Assembly: GCA_965208675.1 (NCBI GenBank)
Contig: OZ242351.1
Location: 1,440,001 to 1,504,000, forward strand
Origin: Candidatus Poribacteria bacterium
Lineage (GTDB): Bacteria > Poribacteria > WGA-4E > PCPOR2b
Direction: 5' to 3'
Length of the DNA: 64,000 nt
The notes below the pieces were generated by a model, which was not told the DNA's origin, made no database searches, and worked only from the letters and a program-made list of their open reading frames with translations. Position 1 is the stretch's first letter, and each line of letters opens with the position of its first letter. A program made the translations under genes and the position numbers. Of this stretch, positions 21,690 through 31,072 are shown in pieces.

Positions 21690-22134
21690 GACATGAGCCT
21701 CCTAACGCCGTCTGAAATTAATGCGATTGGTAATTTTACCATGTGTTTGAGAAGTGAGCAAGCGATAAAAGATACAATCCCGCAATAAAGCAGAAAACTG
21801 TATTAATGACGAATTTAAAATGTGGAGCCGATTCGAATAGGGCAAAGACATCGGGAATTACACGCTAGCATTACGTGTTGGCACCGAGAAAAAAATTGCT
21901 TGTCATCCAGTGTCATGCTAAAATATAATTTGCACTAATGAATGTGACTTTAGAAGCACAACCGTTATTTCCTACGAACCTGTTTGAACAATACGTGTCG
22001 AAGCCATTTTTGCGCGTTTCAGTTGCTAATAACCGTTGGAACTTCTATCGCACGGCATTTTACAATCGCTTTCGCTAATCACCCAGTTGATTCTATTCAG
22101 CCGATTAATCCCACCAAATACCTTACTCCCGCAT

Positions 22135-22160
22135 GGGGCGGAGCACGATGCCCCGCCTAC
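22135..22160. repeat. GTAG-family REP-like hairpin
   Basis: GGCGGAGCA-cga-TGCCCCGCC followed by TAC. Confidence 0.5.
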
Positions 22161-22268
22161 GGCGCATCGTGGTGCACTGAATAAAAGGAATTATCAAACA
22201 GGTTTTAAACGCAACTGAGGCCGCACTACCGTATAGCAACCACTCAACATCATCATCGGAGGAATTCA

Positions 22269-23327
22269 ATGTATAAAATTGGCTTAATTCCCGGCGACGG
22301 AATTGGTCCCGAAATTACGCGAGAAGCCATGAAGGTCGTCGGGGCAGCAGCCGAAAAAACTAACTTTCAGTACGAAACCGTTGAATACGACTTTGGCGGC
22401 GACCGTTATCTTGAGACGGGCGAAATCCTGCCGGACTCTGCGCTAAATGAGTTTCGACAGATGGACGCAATTTTTTTAGGAGCGATTGGACACCCGGATG
22501 TTCAGCCGGGGATATTGGAGAAAGGAATCTTATTAAGAACCCGTTTTGAGTTGGATTTGTACATCAACCTACGTCCCGTAAAGCTGTACCCAGGGGTGTG
22601 GACACCCATTAAGGACAAAAGGCCGGAAGATATCGATTTCGTCATCGTTCGTGAGAACACGGAGGGATTATACGTTGGAGGGGGCGGCTTCTTGAAACAG
22701 GGAACGGCAGATGAAGTGGCGATTCAAGAGCTCATTGCCACACGCAAAGGAACGGAACGCTGTATCCGCTACGCATTTGAGTTGGCAAGGAAAAGGAATA
22801 AATCGAAGAAGTTGACGTCATGCGATAAAGCAAATGTACTTACCTATGCGCACGATCTCTGGCGCCGCGTATTTGAGGAAGTTTCCGTTGAATATCCCGA
22901 CATTGAAACAGAATTCGCGTTCGTTGATGCGACAACGATGTGGATGGTGAAGAACCCCGAATGGTTCGATGTCATTGTTACATGCAACATGTTTGGAGAC
23001 ATTATTACAGACCTTGGCGCGATGATTCAAGGCGGAATGGGCGTCGCCGCATCCGGGAATCTCCACCCCGGGAGCATGGCCATGTTTGAACCCATCCACG
23101 GGTCCGCGCCGCGCTACACCAACAAGAACCAAATCAACCCCATCGCAGCGATTTTTGCGGCGGGTATGATGCTCGAATATTTAGGGGAAACCGAAGCGGC
23201 TGGATTAGTCGATCGAGCGGCGAGCGACCTTCTTGGGAGCAATAAGCTCCGCGATCTCGCCGCCGGAAAAATGGGATATACAACCTCCCAAGTCGGCGAC
23301 ATGATTGCCGATTCCGTGTCGGCATGA
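22269..23327 (+). CDS. leuB: 3-isopropylmalate dehydrogenase
   Basis: GDGIGPE, RENTEG, DKANV, NMFGDI and EPIHGSAP motifs. Confidence 0.82.
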   Translation: MYKIGLIPGDGIGPEITREAMKVVGAAAEKTNFQYETVEYDFGGDRYLETGEILPDSALNEFRQMDAIFLGAIGHPDVQPGILEKGILLRTRFELDLYINLRPVKLYPGVWTPIKDKRPEDIDFVIVRENTEGLYVGGGGFLKQGTADEVAIQELIATRKGTERCIRYAFELARKRNKSKKLTSCDKANVLTYAHDLWRRVFEEVSVEYPDIETEFAFVDATTMWMVKNPEWFDVIVTCNMFGDIITDLGAMIQGGMGVAASGNLHPGSMAMFEPIHGSAPRYTNKNQINPIAAIFAAGMMLEYLGETEAAGLVDRAASDLLGSNKLRDLAAGKMGYTTSQVGDMIADSVSA

Positions 23328-23399
23328 AACTTGGCGGAGGTTACGGGGGAAGATAGTATAGATTCCAATTACTCTTATATTTGGCAGGAGATTCCCCTC

Positions 23400-24353
23400 A
23401 TGAGACAACTTTCCTACGTCTGCATTTTCATACTCATGCCGCTAAGTATCCCCGTAACACACGGGAATACCAGCACAGGTTGGAACACGCTAGATACGAC
23501 ACATTTCCGAATCCATTATCAATCTCATGCTAAATCTGCGCAAGAGGTTGCCGACATCGCCGAAAATTTCTATTCACAGCTAGATCGCTTGATTAACGGC
23601 ATGGCGATCGGGAAAATAGAGATTTGGATTTGCGATACGGAAGCACAGTTCCAATCGGCTGTGCACGCACCGATCCATGACTGGGCAATCGGTTGCGCCT
23701 TCCCGGTGAGCCGGCGTATTGTCATCCAGAACCCGCGTGTCATCATTGAACGAAAGTTCCAATTGTCGCAAATCGTCCGCCATGAAATTGTGCACGTTGT
23801 TTTTGGACAGCGCACGCAAAAGGCGATGAAATCCATTCCTTTGTGGTTTGTGGAAGGAATTGCGATGTATTTGTCGGAGGAATGGACACCTAATCATCAC
23901 AATCTCTTGCTCAAAAATATATTCTCAAACTCGATTATCTCACTATCAAATCTCGCCTCGGCATTTCCTCGGACCGAAATTCAGGCTCAACTTGCGTACG
24001 CGGAAAGCTTGAACGCCGTTGCGTGGCTCGTGGAACTAAGAGGAATTGATGCGTTGTGGGAGATCATCGCACGACTTGAAAGCGGTGATGATTTGAACAC
24101 CGCTTTTGAACAAACAGTCGGTTGGAATCTGAACACATTTGATTCAGAATGGCGCGCATCGCTTCCGCGGCGTTACCACCGAGCGGCGATTTTTGCCAAC
24201 CCTTATATCCTTTGGGGCGTTATTACGACGATATTCGTCCTGATTTTTCTCTACCGACGGAAACTCTTGCGGCAACGACTTGCTGAACTTAATCGCGAGG
24301 AGTCCGAGATTGATCCGTTTTTTGAGCCGGACAGAGATTCCACAAATGACTAA
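23400..24353 (+). CDS. Peptidase MA-family (gluzincin-like) exported protein with C-terminal TM anchor
   Basis: Signal-like N-terminus from the ATG at 23400, HEIVH (HExxH), WFVEGIA and a C-terminal hydrophobic helix. Confidence 0.78.
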   Translation: MRQLSYVCIFILMPLSIPVTHGNTSTGWNTLDTTHFRIHYQSHAKSAQEVADIAENFYSQLDRLINGMAIGKIEIWICDTEAQFQSAVHAPIHDWAIGCAFPVSRRIVIQNPRVIIERKFQLSQIVRHEIVHVVFGQRTQKAMKSIPLWFVEGIAMYLSEEWTPNHHNLLLKNIFSNSIISLSNLASAFPRTEIQAQLAYAESLNAVAWLVELRGIDALWEIIARLESGDDLNTAFEQTVGWNLNTFDSEWRASLPRRYHRAAIFANPYILWGVITTIFVLIFLYRRKLLRQRLAELNREESEIDPFFEPDRDSTND

Positions 24354-24611
24354 ACGCCAGTCCTGCGAGTAAGATTGCCCAACCTCACCTTGCATCCTAG
24401 AGATTGCGGCCGTTGTCAACGGAAGTTAGCGCCGGAATTTTTGCTTTTCCTGCGTAGTATTCAGTCATTCTCAACGGAAAATCAATAACGCGAATTTCGG
24501 GGGCGGGTAGTCTGACGGACGTTTGGTACACAAAATTGCGTGCGAATTTGTATGAACGCGTGCTTGCGCCAGAAGGAGTAAAAATGTTCCGAGTTTGTGC
24601 GCGCCATAAAC

Positions 24612-25073
24612 TTACATTGCGTCGAAGAAGTCGATTAAATCCTTGCCGTGCACAGCCGCGTTTACCTGCGTGTCGAGTTTGACAATGGTTCCAGCTTTAT
24701 CAATTACAACGGTCATTCGGCTGCTCATGCCGTCCGGTTGGTCAGTCGCACCGAATAGCAAACTGAGCGTGCGGTCCGTGTCTACAAGAAGCGGAAAGCC
24801 CAAGCCGTAGCGTTGCGCAAACCTTCTGTGAATCTCGGCGTCCTGCACGCTAACACCGAAAACCTGTACATCGCGTGCTGAAAATTGGCTCGACTCATCC
24901 CGGAGTGAGCACACCTCAGCCGTTCACCCACTGGTGAAGTCTTTCGGATAAAACGCCAGCACGACATTTTTACTCCCAACGTAATCGCGCAGGCGATGAA
25001 CAACGCCGTCCGCATCTTCCATCTCAATGTCTGGCGCATCCATACCAACTTCCAACGATTTAACGTCTGTCAT
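24612..25073 (-). CDS. Selenocysteine-containing peroxiredoxin (BCP/PrxQ family), 153 aa
   Basis: From the ATG at 25073: MTDVKSLEVGMDAPDIEMEDADG...VVLAFYPKDFTSG-[TGA 24924-24926]-TAEVCSLRD..., continuing in frame into the 24612..24914 ORF. The TGA sits exactly at the peroxidatic Cys of PxxxTxxC. Confidence 0.88.
24887..24921 (-). promoter_or_regulatory. Candidate bacterial SECIS hairpin
   Basis: mRNA just 3' of the UGA reads GGCUGAGGUGUGCUCACUCCGGGAUGAGUCGAGCC: outer GGCU/AGCC and inner GCUCA/UGAGU stems with a G-containing apex about 20 nt from the UGA. Confidence 0.5.
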
Positions 25074-25396
25074 CTAATTCTCCTGTGTTTTTGCGGGTTA
25101 ATTTGAGCCGGCATTATATCAAACCGCACCGCGCCCGTCAAGACCGATTCAAAACGCACAACCGTAATACGCTGTTACTCATGGAGGAGCATCCGTAGAT
25201 TCTCCGGTTGTGCGCGCTACACTGCGAAACCGGATTGTTGCGTTGGGATTGAAGCCGAAATTGAGTAGACACAATCCACGAAAAAGTGTAGAATAATCGG
25301 CACGGTTAGAAGCGAGACTGTCGTGTAAATCCCGCATTGTGCAGCATTCCCGGTTATTAATCCGAAATGCTTCAATTGGACTAATTCGTTTGATGT

Positions 25397-25624
25397 TTGA
25401 TAAAGAATCAAACAGAGGTTATCGTGTATACCAAAATATTTGCAATATCGGGTGGTTATTTTCGCAGCATATCTAAAACGGCATTGTGCTTGCAAGAGGA
25501 AATTAATGCTTGGCTAGCGGTAAATCCAGGAATCGAAATTTTAGATATAAAGCAATCTTCATCCGGTGGAAGTGCAGAGCCAACCAAAATAATTATCTCT
25601 ATATGGTATAAACTAGATGTCTAA
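25397..25624 (+). CDS. Small hypothetical protein (Cse60-like pattern)
   Basis: KIF...LQEEINAWL..NP.IEI.DIK...SIWY pattern. Likely GTG start near 25425 after AGAGG. AT-rich. Confidence 0.45.
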   Translation: MIKNQTEVIVYTKIFAISGGYFRSISKTALCLQEEINAWLAVNPGIEILDIKQSSSGGSAEPTKIIISIWYKLDV

Positions 25625-25693
25625 TGACGGTTTGCGCGCGAATACCTCAATTCGTCGTTATTGCTTGCTACCTGCGTGTTAGATGGATATTGA

Positions 25694-26986
25694 ATGATGG
25701 AACATAAGCATACCTTTACTAACCGTTTTTCACGCATAGGTTATACGCGGCGGCGGTTCCTTGCAGTTTTAGGTAAAGGGGCCGCGCTGGCGGGCGTGGG
25801 CGTTTTTGGCGCCGGTTCGGATGCTGCCGCGCGAGGATTGTTTGGCAGAGGACTCATCCCCAGCGCTTGGGGGGAGACTGCACAGAATTTACTCCCGAAA
25901 CCGGATATGATTGTTCACGCGCAGAATCCATTTAACGGTGAGTTTCCGCCGCACCTGCTTGACGCGGACGTAACGCCCACTTTTCGGCATTTCGTGCGCA
26001 ACAACAGCAGCATACCGAAACGCGCCAAGTGCGGCGATTTAGAAGGTTGGAAATTGACGATTGACGGGGAGGTTCATAGAAAACTCATGCTCTCGATGGA
26101 CGACCTAATGCGTTTCCCAAACGTGACAGCGCATACGGTGGTGGAATGTGCAGGAAATGGCAGGAGTCTATTCACACCGAAAGTTGACGGAACGCAGTGG
26201 ATTCGCGGTGCGGTCGGCTGCAGCGAATGGACCGGGGTGCGTTTACACGATGTCTTGAAAGCCGCGGGCTTAAAAAATACCGCCGTTTACACCGGAAACT
26301 ACGGCGAAGACCTACCGGTCGATTCGGGGGAAGCGTTTTCTCGGGGGATTCCGATTGAGAAGGCAATGGATGAGCACACGTTGATTGCTTTCAAGATGAA
26401 CGGGGAGGATTTGCCGGCGGCACACGGATTTCCTGCGAGACTGATTGTGCCGGGTTGGATTGGCAGTGCGATGCAGAAGTGGTTGAACCGCATATCGATT
26501 AGAGATCGAGTTCATGACACAAAGAAAATGAGCGGGTACTCATACCGCATACCGACACATCCGCCGGTTCCGGGAAGCACACCGCCCGAAAACGTGATGG
26601 AAATTACCACGTCAGGGTTAATCAAGTCGCTCATCACCAGACCTAAATCGAACACCGCCTCGGACACCAATAGACTGGAAATCAGTGCGGGGTCGCCTAT
26701 TCAGGTTGGGGGCCACGCATGGTCGGGAGAGAACAAAGTCGATAAAGTTTATATTTCAATTGATTACGGCATCAAGTGGCAAGAGGCCAGGTTGATCCAA
26801 CCGTCGAATCAGTACGCTTGGTATCATTGGGAGACTGAAACCGCTTTTGAGAAAAGAGGATATTATGAAATATGGGCGCGAGCGTTTGACGATAAAGGCA
26901 ACGCACAACCTTTCAGGCAACCTTGGAACCCCAAAGGATACCTCGGAAATGTTATTCATAGGGTACCTGTTTTTGTCGATTCGTAA
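25694..26986 (+). CDS. Tat-exported sulfite oxidase family molybdoenzyme (SorA/SoxC-like)
   Basis: TRRRFL Tat motif, HFVRN, ECAGNGR Mo-ligand Cys, HGFPARLIVPGWIG..KWL and WNPKGY. Confidence 0.88.
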   Translation: MMEHKHTFTNRFSRIGYTRRRFLAVLGKGAALAGVGVFGAGSDAAARGLFGRGLIPSAWGETAQNLLPKPDMIVHAQNPFNGEFPPHLLDADVTPTFRHFVRNNSSIPKRAKCGDLEGWKLTIDGEVHRKLMLSMDDLMRFPNVTAHTVVECAGNGRSLFTPKVDGTQWIRGAVGCSEWTGVRLHDVLKAAGLKNTAVYTGNYGEDLPVDSGEAFSRGIPIEKAMDEHTLIAFKMNGEDLPAAHGFPARLIVPGWIGSAMQKWLNRISIRDRVHDTKKMSGYSYRIPTHPPVPGSTPPENVMEITTSGLIKSLITRPKSNTASDTNRLEISAGSPIQVGGHAWSGENKVDKVYISIDYGIKWQEARLIQPSNQYAWYHWETETAFEKRGYYEIWARAFDDKGNAQPFRQPWNPKGYLGNVIHRVPVFVDS

Positions 26987-27372
26987 GCACAGTTTTACTG
27001 TCGCCATGCCGGATTCGTTGCTGGACCCTATTACCAGGAAAAGCATTCCCCAAATTCGAAACTCCCGACCAACCTAACCCAAGTTGCAAATTTAAGGCAA
27101 CACAATAGGCTAATCCCGCAGCGAACAATAATTCTGTACAAATGGGTTTCTCTGGCGAAGGCTTTTTCCGACGTGAGCAACAGCCCCAACAATAATCAAG
27201 AGAATAATTGAAGCACCTTCCTAGGCGTTGCCACCGACCGCGCACCCGCCGAGTTCAATCACCTTCTCAAGCCGTATCCCGCCTATGAGATGGCAGTCTA
27301 CTCTGTTTCGTTTATGACCGCCGAAAAACGATACTGTGACGATGTGATTAGGTCAAATCGGAGACAATCACG

Positions 27373-28272
27373 TTGAAGCGGAGAAGCCAACCGACATTTA
27401 CTGAAGCAATTGAGCCCTTGGATTCAGCGGAGCGGCTGCCTGCGTTCGCCGGTAGGTTTTATCCATATTCGCCAGAGGATTTGTCCGCGCAAGTACAGGG
27501 TTTCATTGACAGTGCGGAACCAAGATTGATAGATGGTGAACTCTTCGGGCTTATCTCGCCCCATGCGGGGTACCCATATTCTGGCCATGTTGCTGGCCAC
27601 GCCTACAAGCAGTTGGCGGGAAAATCTTTCGATTCCGTAGTTCTGATCGGTTTGAGCCACCGCCATCCGGTGCACGGTTCGGCAATCTACGCCGGCGGCC
27701 GGTTCCGAACGCCACTTGGGAAGATTGAGATTGACGACGAGTTAGCGAGTGAGATTTTGCGACGAAACCGGAGGGCATTCAATTTGCCCGAAGCACATGC
27801 CCGCGAGCACTGTTTGGAGGTACAGCTGCCGTTTTTGCAAAGTGCGCTTGCCGAATTCCGCATCGTCCCTATCCTGCTGCAAGACGATTCGCCCGAAAAT
27901 GTCGTCCCTTTGGGCGAGGCGATCGCCGAGGCGATGCGCGGCCGTTCTGCACTATTGGTTTGTAGTACGGATCTCTGCCACTACCCGTCGTATGATGAGG
28001 CAGTGAAGTCAGATCATGTGGTCATTGAGGCAATACAGCGCTTCAACGCTGATGAGTTACGCAAACAGATGGCGGACTATCTGCGAACTCACGCTGCGTC
28101 GGGACTCTACTGCATGATGTGCAGCACTGGCGCGGTTTATGCGACTTTGGAAGCGGCGAGACGACTCGGTGGAGCACGGATAGAGGTGCACAAGGCCGCA
28201 AATTCGGGAGATGTTCCCGGCGGACGAAGGGATCAGGTAGTCGGTTATATGGCGGCTGCTATCTATTGTTGA
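27373..28272 (+). CDS. amrB: AmmeMemoRadiSam system protein B (Memo-like)
   Basis: AGRFYP, PHAGYPYSG, EHCLEVQLPFLQ, STDLCHY and VVGY motifs. Confidence 0.88.
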   Translation: MKRRSQPTFTEAIEPLDSAERLPAFAGRFYPYSPEDLSAQVQGFIDSAEPRLIDGELFGLISPHAGYPYSGHVAGHAYKQLAGKSFDSVVLIGLSHRHPVHGSAIYAGGRFRTPLGKIEIDDELASEILRRNRRAFNLPEAHAREHCLEVQLPFLQSALAEFRIVPILLQDDSPENVVPLGEAIAEAMRGRSALLVCSTDLCHYPSYDEAVKSDHVVIEAIQRFNADELRKQMADYLRTHAASGLYCMMCSTGAVYATLEAARRLGGARIEVHKAANSGDVPGGRRDQVVGYMAAAIYC

Positions 28273-28581
28273 CCGAAAGCCGTCGTCCTGTTGGCAGCGA
28301 ACCTTCACGCCAAATTCGCAGCGTCTTTCTTTATTGCACCAACGCGTCTGTAACGCGGCCTGCGGACGTGAACATTGCCAGACCACCACCGGAAACAGCC
28401 GTCAGCGGACATTTCGATTTTGATTTGGATAATTGATTGAACGTGTGATAGAATGCGCGGAGAGCGGTTTTTAAGTGGAATTTCGATGTGTTGGCATGAA
28501 ATATGCGTGTTACTTTTGGATACTTTGAAGAATATAGTGATTACATCTTACGTTTTATTCTATCAAATTTTGGATTAAGGC

Positions 28582-30969
28582 ATGAAACGCTTTATTATAC
28601 TTTTTCCGTTTTTTATCTCTCTGATTCTGTGCATACATGGCCGTGCCGAATTGCCTCACCAGTTTCTGTTTGGGCACACAAACCGTGTGCATGCGATTGA
28701 TTTTAGCCCAGACGGGCAGTGGCTTGCCTCCGGCGGAGATGGGGAAAACGGCAATTTTGAAATATACATTTGGGATGCGGCGACGGGCGGCCACATCTAT
28801 ACGCTTAACGCGCACACCGGCCGAATAATGGACCTTGTTTTTCGGAATAATGGCAATCTTGCATCGGCTTCTGTAGATGGAAGTTTACGGTTATGGGACG
28901 TTGGCACCCAAGAAGAGATTCGCCAGTTTTATGGACAGCAGGACGGGTTGGCATCAGCGGCGTTTAGCTCTGATGGAAAATGGCTGGCTGCGGGTTCGAT
29001 TGATAAGGCGCTCAGATTATGGGAAGTCGACACTGGCCGGCTAATTTCGACTTTAGAAGGACATGGCGGTACCATCTGGTCCGTAGCATTCAGTCCTGAT
29101 GGCGAAAGGATAGCATCCGCGTCAGAAGACAGAACTGTTCGTCTTTGGGACACTCCGGACAGCGATGGAAACCTGATAAATCAAACACCGACCAATATCT
29201 TTACCGGTCATACAATGCGCGTTTGGTCTCTGGCATTTCACCCCAAGAAAAATTTGGTTGCTTCAGGGTCATGGGACCACACAGTGCGCGTTTGGGATGT
29301 CGATGCAAACAGCGAGGAAGTTGTCTTTCAGACGCCCTTCGCCATGTACAATCGGCAAGTACTTTCGATTGGCTTTAGTCCGGATGGCAGGTTGCTCGCG
29401 GTAGGGTTGAGCCAGGTCGAGAACGACAACCCGCTAAAACTGTTGGACTTCACAACGGGCGGCACACTCAGGTCGTTCGACACGAAATCGCGGCACGACT
29501 TGGAATTTAGTTCAGATGGATTTCGATTAGCCACCGCGGGAGCAGTTGATGGCACAATTATCATATGGAACTCTAGCCATTCGACCCCCACGCTTATCCA
29601 ACCGGATGACGGCGATCTCATTGAGGCGGCGCAAATTACCTTAAGTTGGGAGGCAGTAGAAGACTCGGTTTATTACGATGTTGAAATCTCCGACAATCCA
29701 GACTTTATGGAGAAGACTAAACTAATAACGGTTACAGAAAGCCAGATTGACTTTGAAGTCAACGGAGAAACACCAACCTATTGGTGGCGCGTCCGTGCGG
29801 GCAGCTTCGGACAGGTCGGCGAATGGTCTAAACCTAGGTCCTTTCGCATACAGTACGAACCACCCCTTACTTGCGATATTCGAATCCTGCCGCCGCGCCG
29901 CCAAGTAAATTTGGGGGAGGAATTTCACATAGAGGTTTTAATTTACTCGGCGCTAGATCTTGCGGGATTTCAGTTTGATCTCCAATGGACGAATCCCAAT
30001 GTTCTTAATCTAGTCACAGTTACCGAATTTAGAACTATCTTTGGAGAATTTGGGATTGGTCAAGGCGGGGTGATTGACAGGGAGATGGGAGTATACAGAG
30101 ATGTTGTTGCGACCAAACCCGGTTCAAGTGGTGTGAGCGGAAGCGGCACGCTACTAAAGGTGCTTTTCAGTGGAAAAGGCATCGGCACAAGTACCATTCA
30201 ATTGAATAATCTCAAACTTGTCAATTCAGCAGGTGAACAGATTCACTGTAATATTTTCAACTCGCAGATTGAGGTCGCAGATCCGGCACGGCCGTGGGAT
30301 GTCAATGGTGACGGCGTTGTTGATGTCTTCGATCTTAGCACGGTTGCGAAATACTTTGGAAAAGAAATCACCGTGGATTTGGGGCTGAATCCTGACGTCA
30401 ACAGTGACGGTGTCGTCGATCTGAAGGACATAGTCCTTGTTGGGAACTACATTGGTGAATCCTATCTGATGGACGGACAAGAAACCTCTGCTGCACCGCA
30501 TTTCCGCCAACCGAAGAAATTGTACATACCATCCCGCCATCGACCGACATTGCTACCAGAAACACGCAATGCGCTAGAACGTATCTACACAATTTTGCAG
30601 CACAGTCCTGATAATTCTCCACCATTTGTTCGTACAAGACAGGTAATGCGTCATCTGTTGTCATCGGTTTCACCTAGCCAAGATGTATTATATCAAAACT
30701 TCCCGAATCCGTTCAATCCGGAAACATGGATTCCTTTCCAGCTCGCCGCAGACGGGGATGTGACAATCATGATTCACGACGTCAATGGATCGCTAGTCCG
30801 TAAACTTGCGATGGGGTATGTCGAAGCAAATACGTACCTCAGGCGTACTGATGCGGCTTATTGGGACGGGCGGGACCGATGGGGTGAACCTGCCGCCAGC
30901 GGTGTATATTTCTACACAATCTCAACGCGGTCATTCAAGGCTACTCGGGCTATGACGATTGTGAAATGA
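28582..30969 (+). CDS. Secreted WD40 propeller + FN3 + cohesin + dockerin protein with FlgD/T9SS-like C-terminal domain
   Basis: Signal peptide, GH...WD repeats, YWWRVRA, LAGFQFDL cohesin-like segment, twin DVN.DGVVD..D loops and NFPNPFNPETWIPFQL...YWDG...SGVYFY. Confidence 0.85.
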   Translation: MKRFIILFPFFISLILCIHGRAELPHQFLFGHTNRVHAIDFSPDGQWLASGGDGENGNFEIYIWDAATGGHIYTLNAHTGRIMDLVFRNNGNLASASVDGSLRLWDVGTQEEIRQFYGQQDGLASAAFSSDGKWLAAGSIDKALRLWEVDTGRLISTLEGHGGTIWSVAFSPDGERIASASEDRTVRLWDTPDSDGNLINQTPTNIFTGHTMRVWSLAFHPKKNLVASGSWDHTVRVWDVDANSEEVVFQTPFAMYNRQVLSIGFSPDGRLLAVGLSQVENDNPLKLLDFTTGGTLRSFDTKSRHDLEFSSDGFRLATAGAVDGTIIIWNSSHSTPTLIQPDDGDLIEAAQITLSWEAVEDSVYYDVEISDNPDFMEKTKLITVTESQIDFEVNGETPTYWWRVRAGSFGQVGEWSKPRSFRIQYEPPLTCDIRILPPRRQVNLGEEFHIEVLIYSALDLAGFQFDLQWTNPNVLNLVTVTEFRTIFGEFGIGQGGVIDREMGVYRDVVATKPGSSGVSGSGTLLKVLFSGKGIGTSTIQLNNLKLVNSAGEQIHCNIFNSQIEVADPARPWDVNGDGVVDVFDLSTVAKYFGKEITVDLGLNPDVNSDGVVDLKDIVLVGNYIGESYLMDGQETSAAPHFRQPKKLYIPSRHRPTLLPETRNALERIYTILQHSPDNSPPFVRTRQVMRHLLSSVSPSQDVLYQNFPNPFNPETWIPFQLAADGDVTIMIHDVNGSLVRKLAMGYVEANTYLRRTDAAYWDGRDRWGEPAASGVYFYTISTRSFKATRAMTIVK

Positions 30970-31072
30970 CTCTACTCGCGCGCTTTCGATTTGCAGGTTT
31001 GCACCTGGAAATTTATTACTTCCCCTCCATTTTAGCGGGGTCCGGCGGATTAGCGCAGCAACACAAGCCAGT

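Noticed and set aside
24782-25048. 88-aa ORF, or a frameshift explanation for the split peroxiredoxin
   Set aside because: It is an off-frame shadow. The true N-terminus is in the same frame as the C-terminal part, separated only by TGA.
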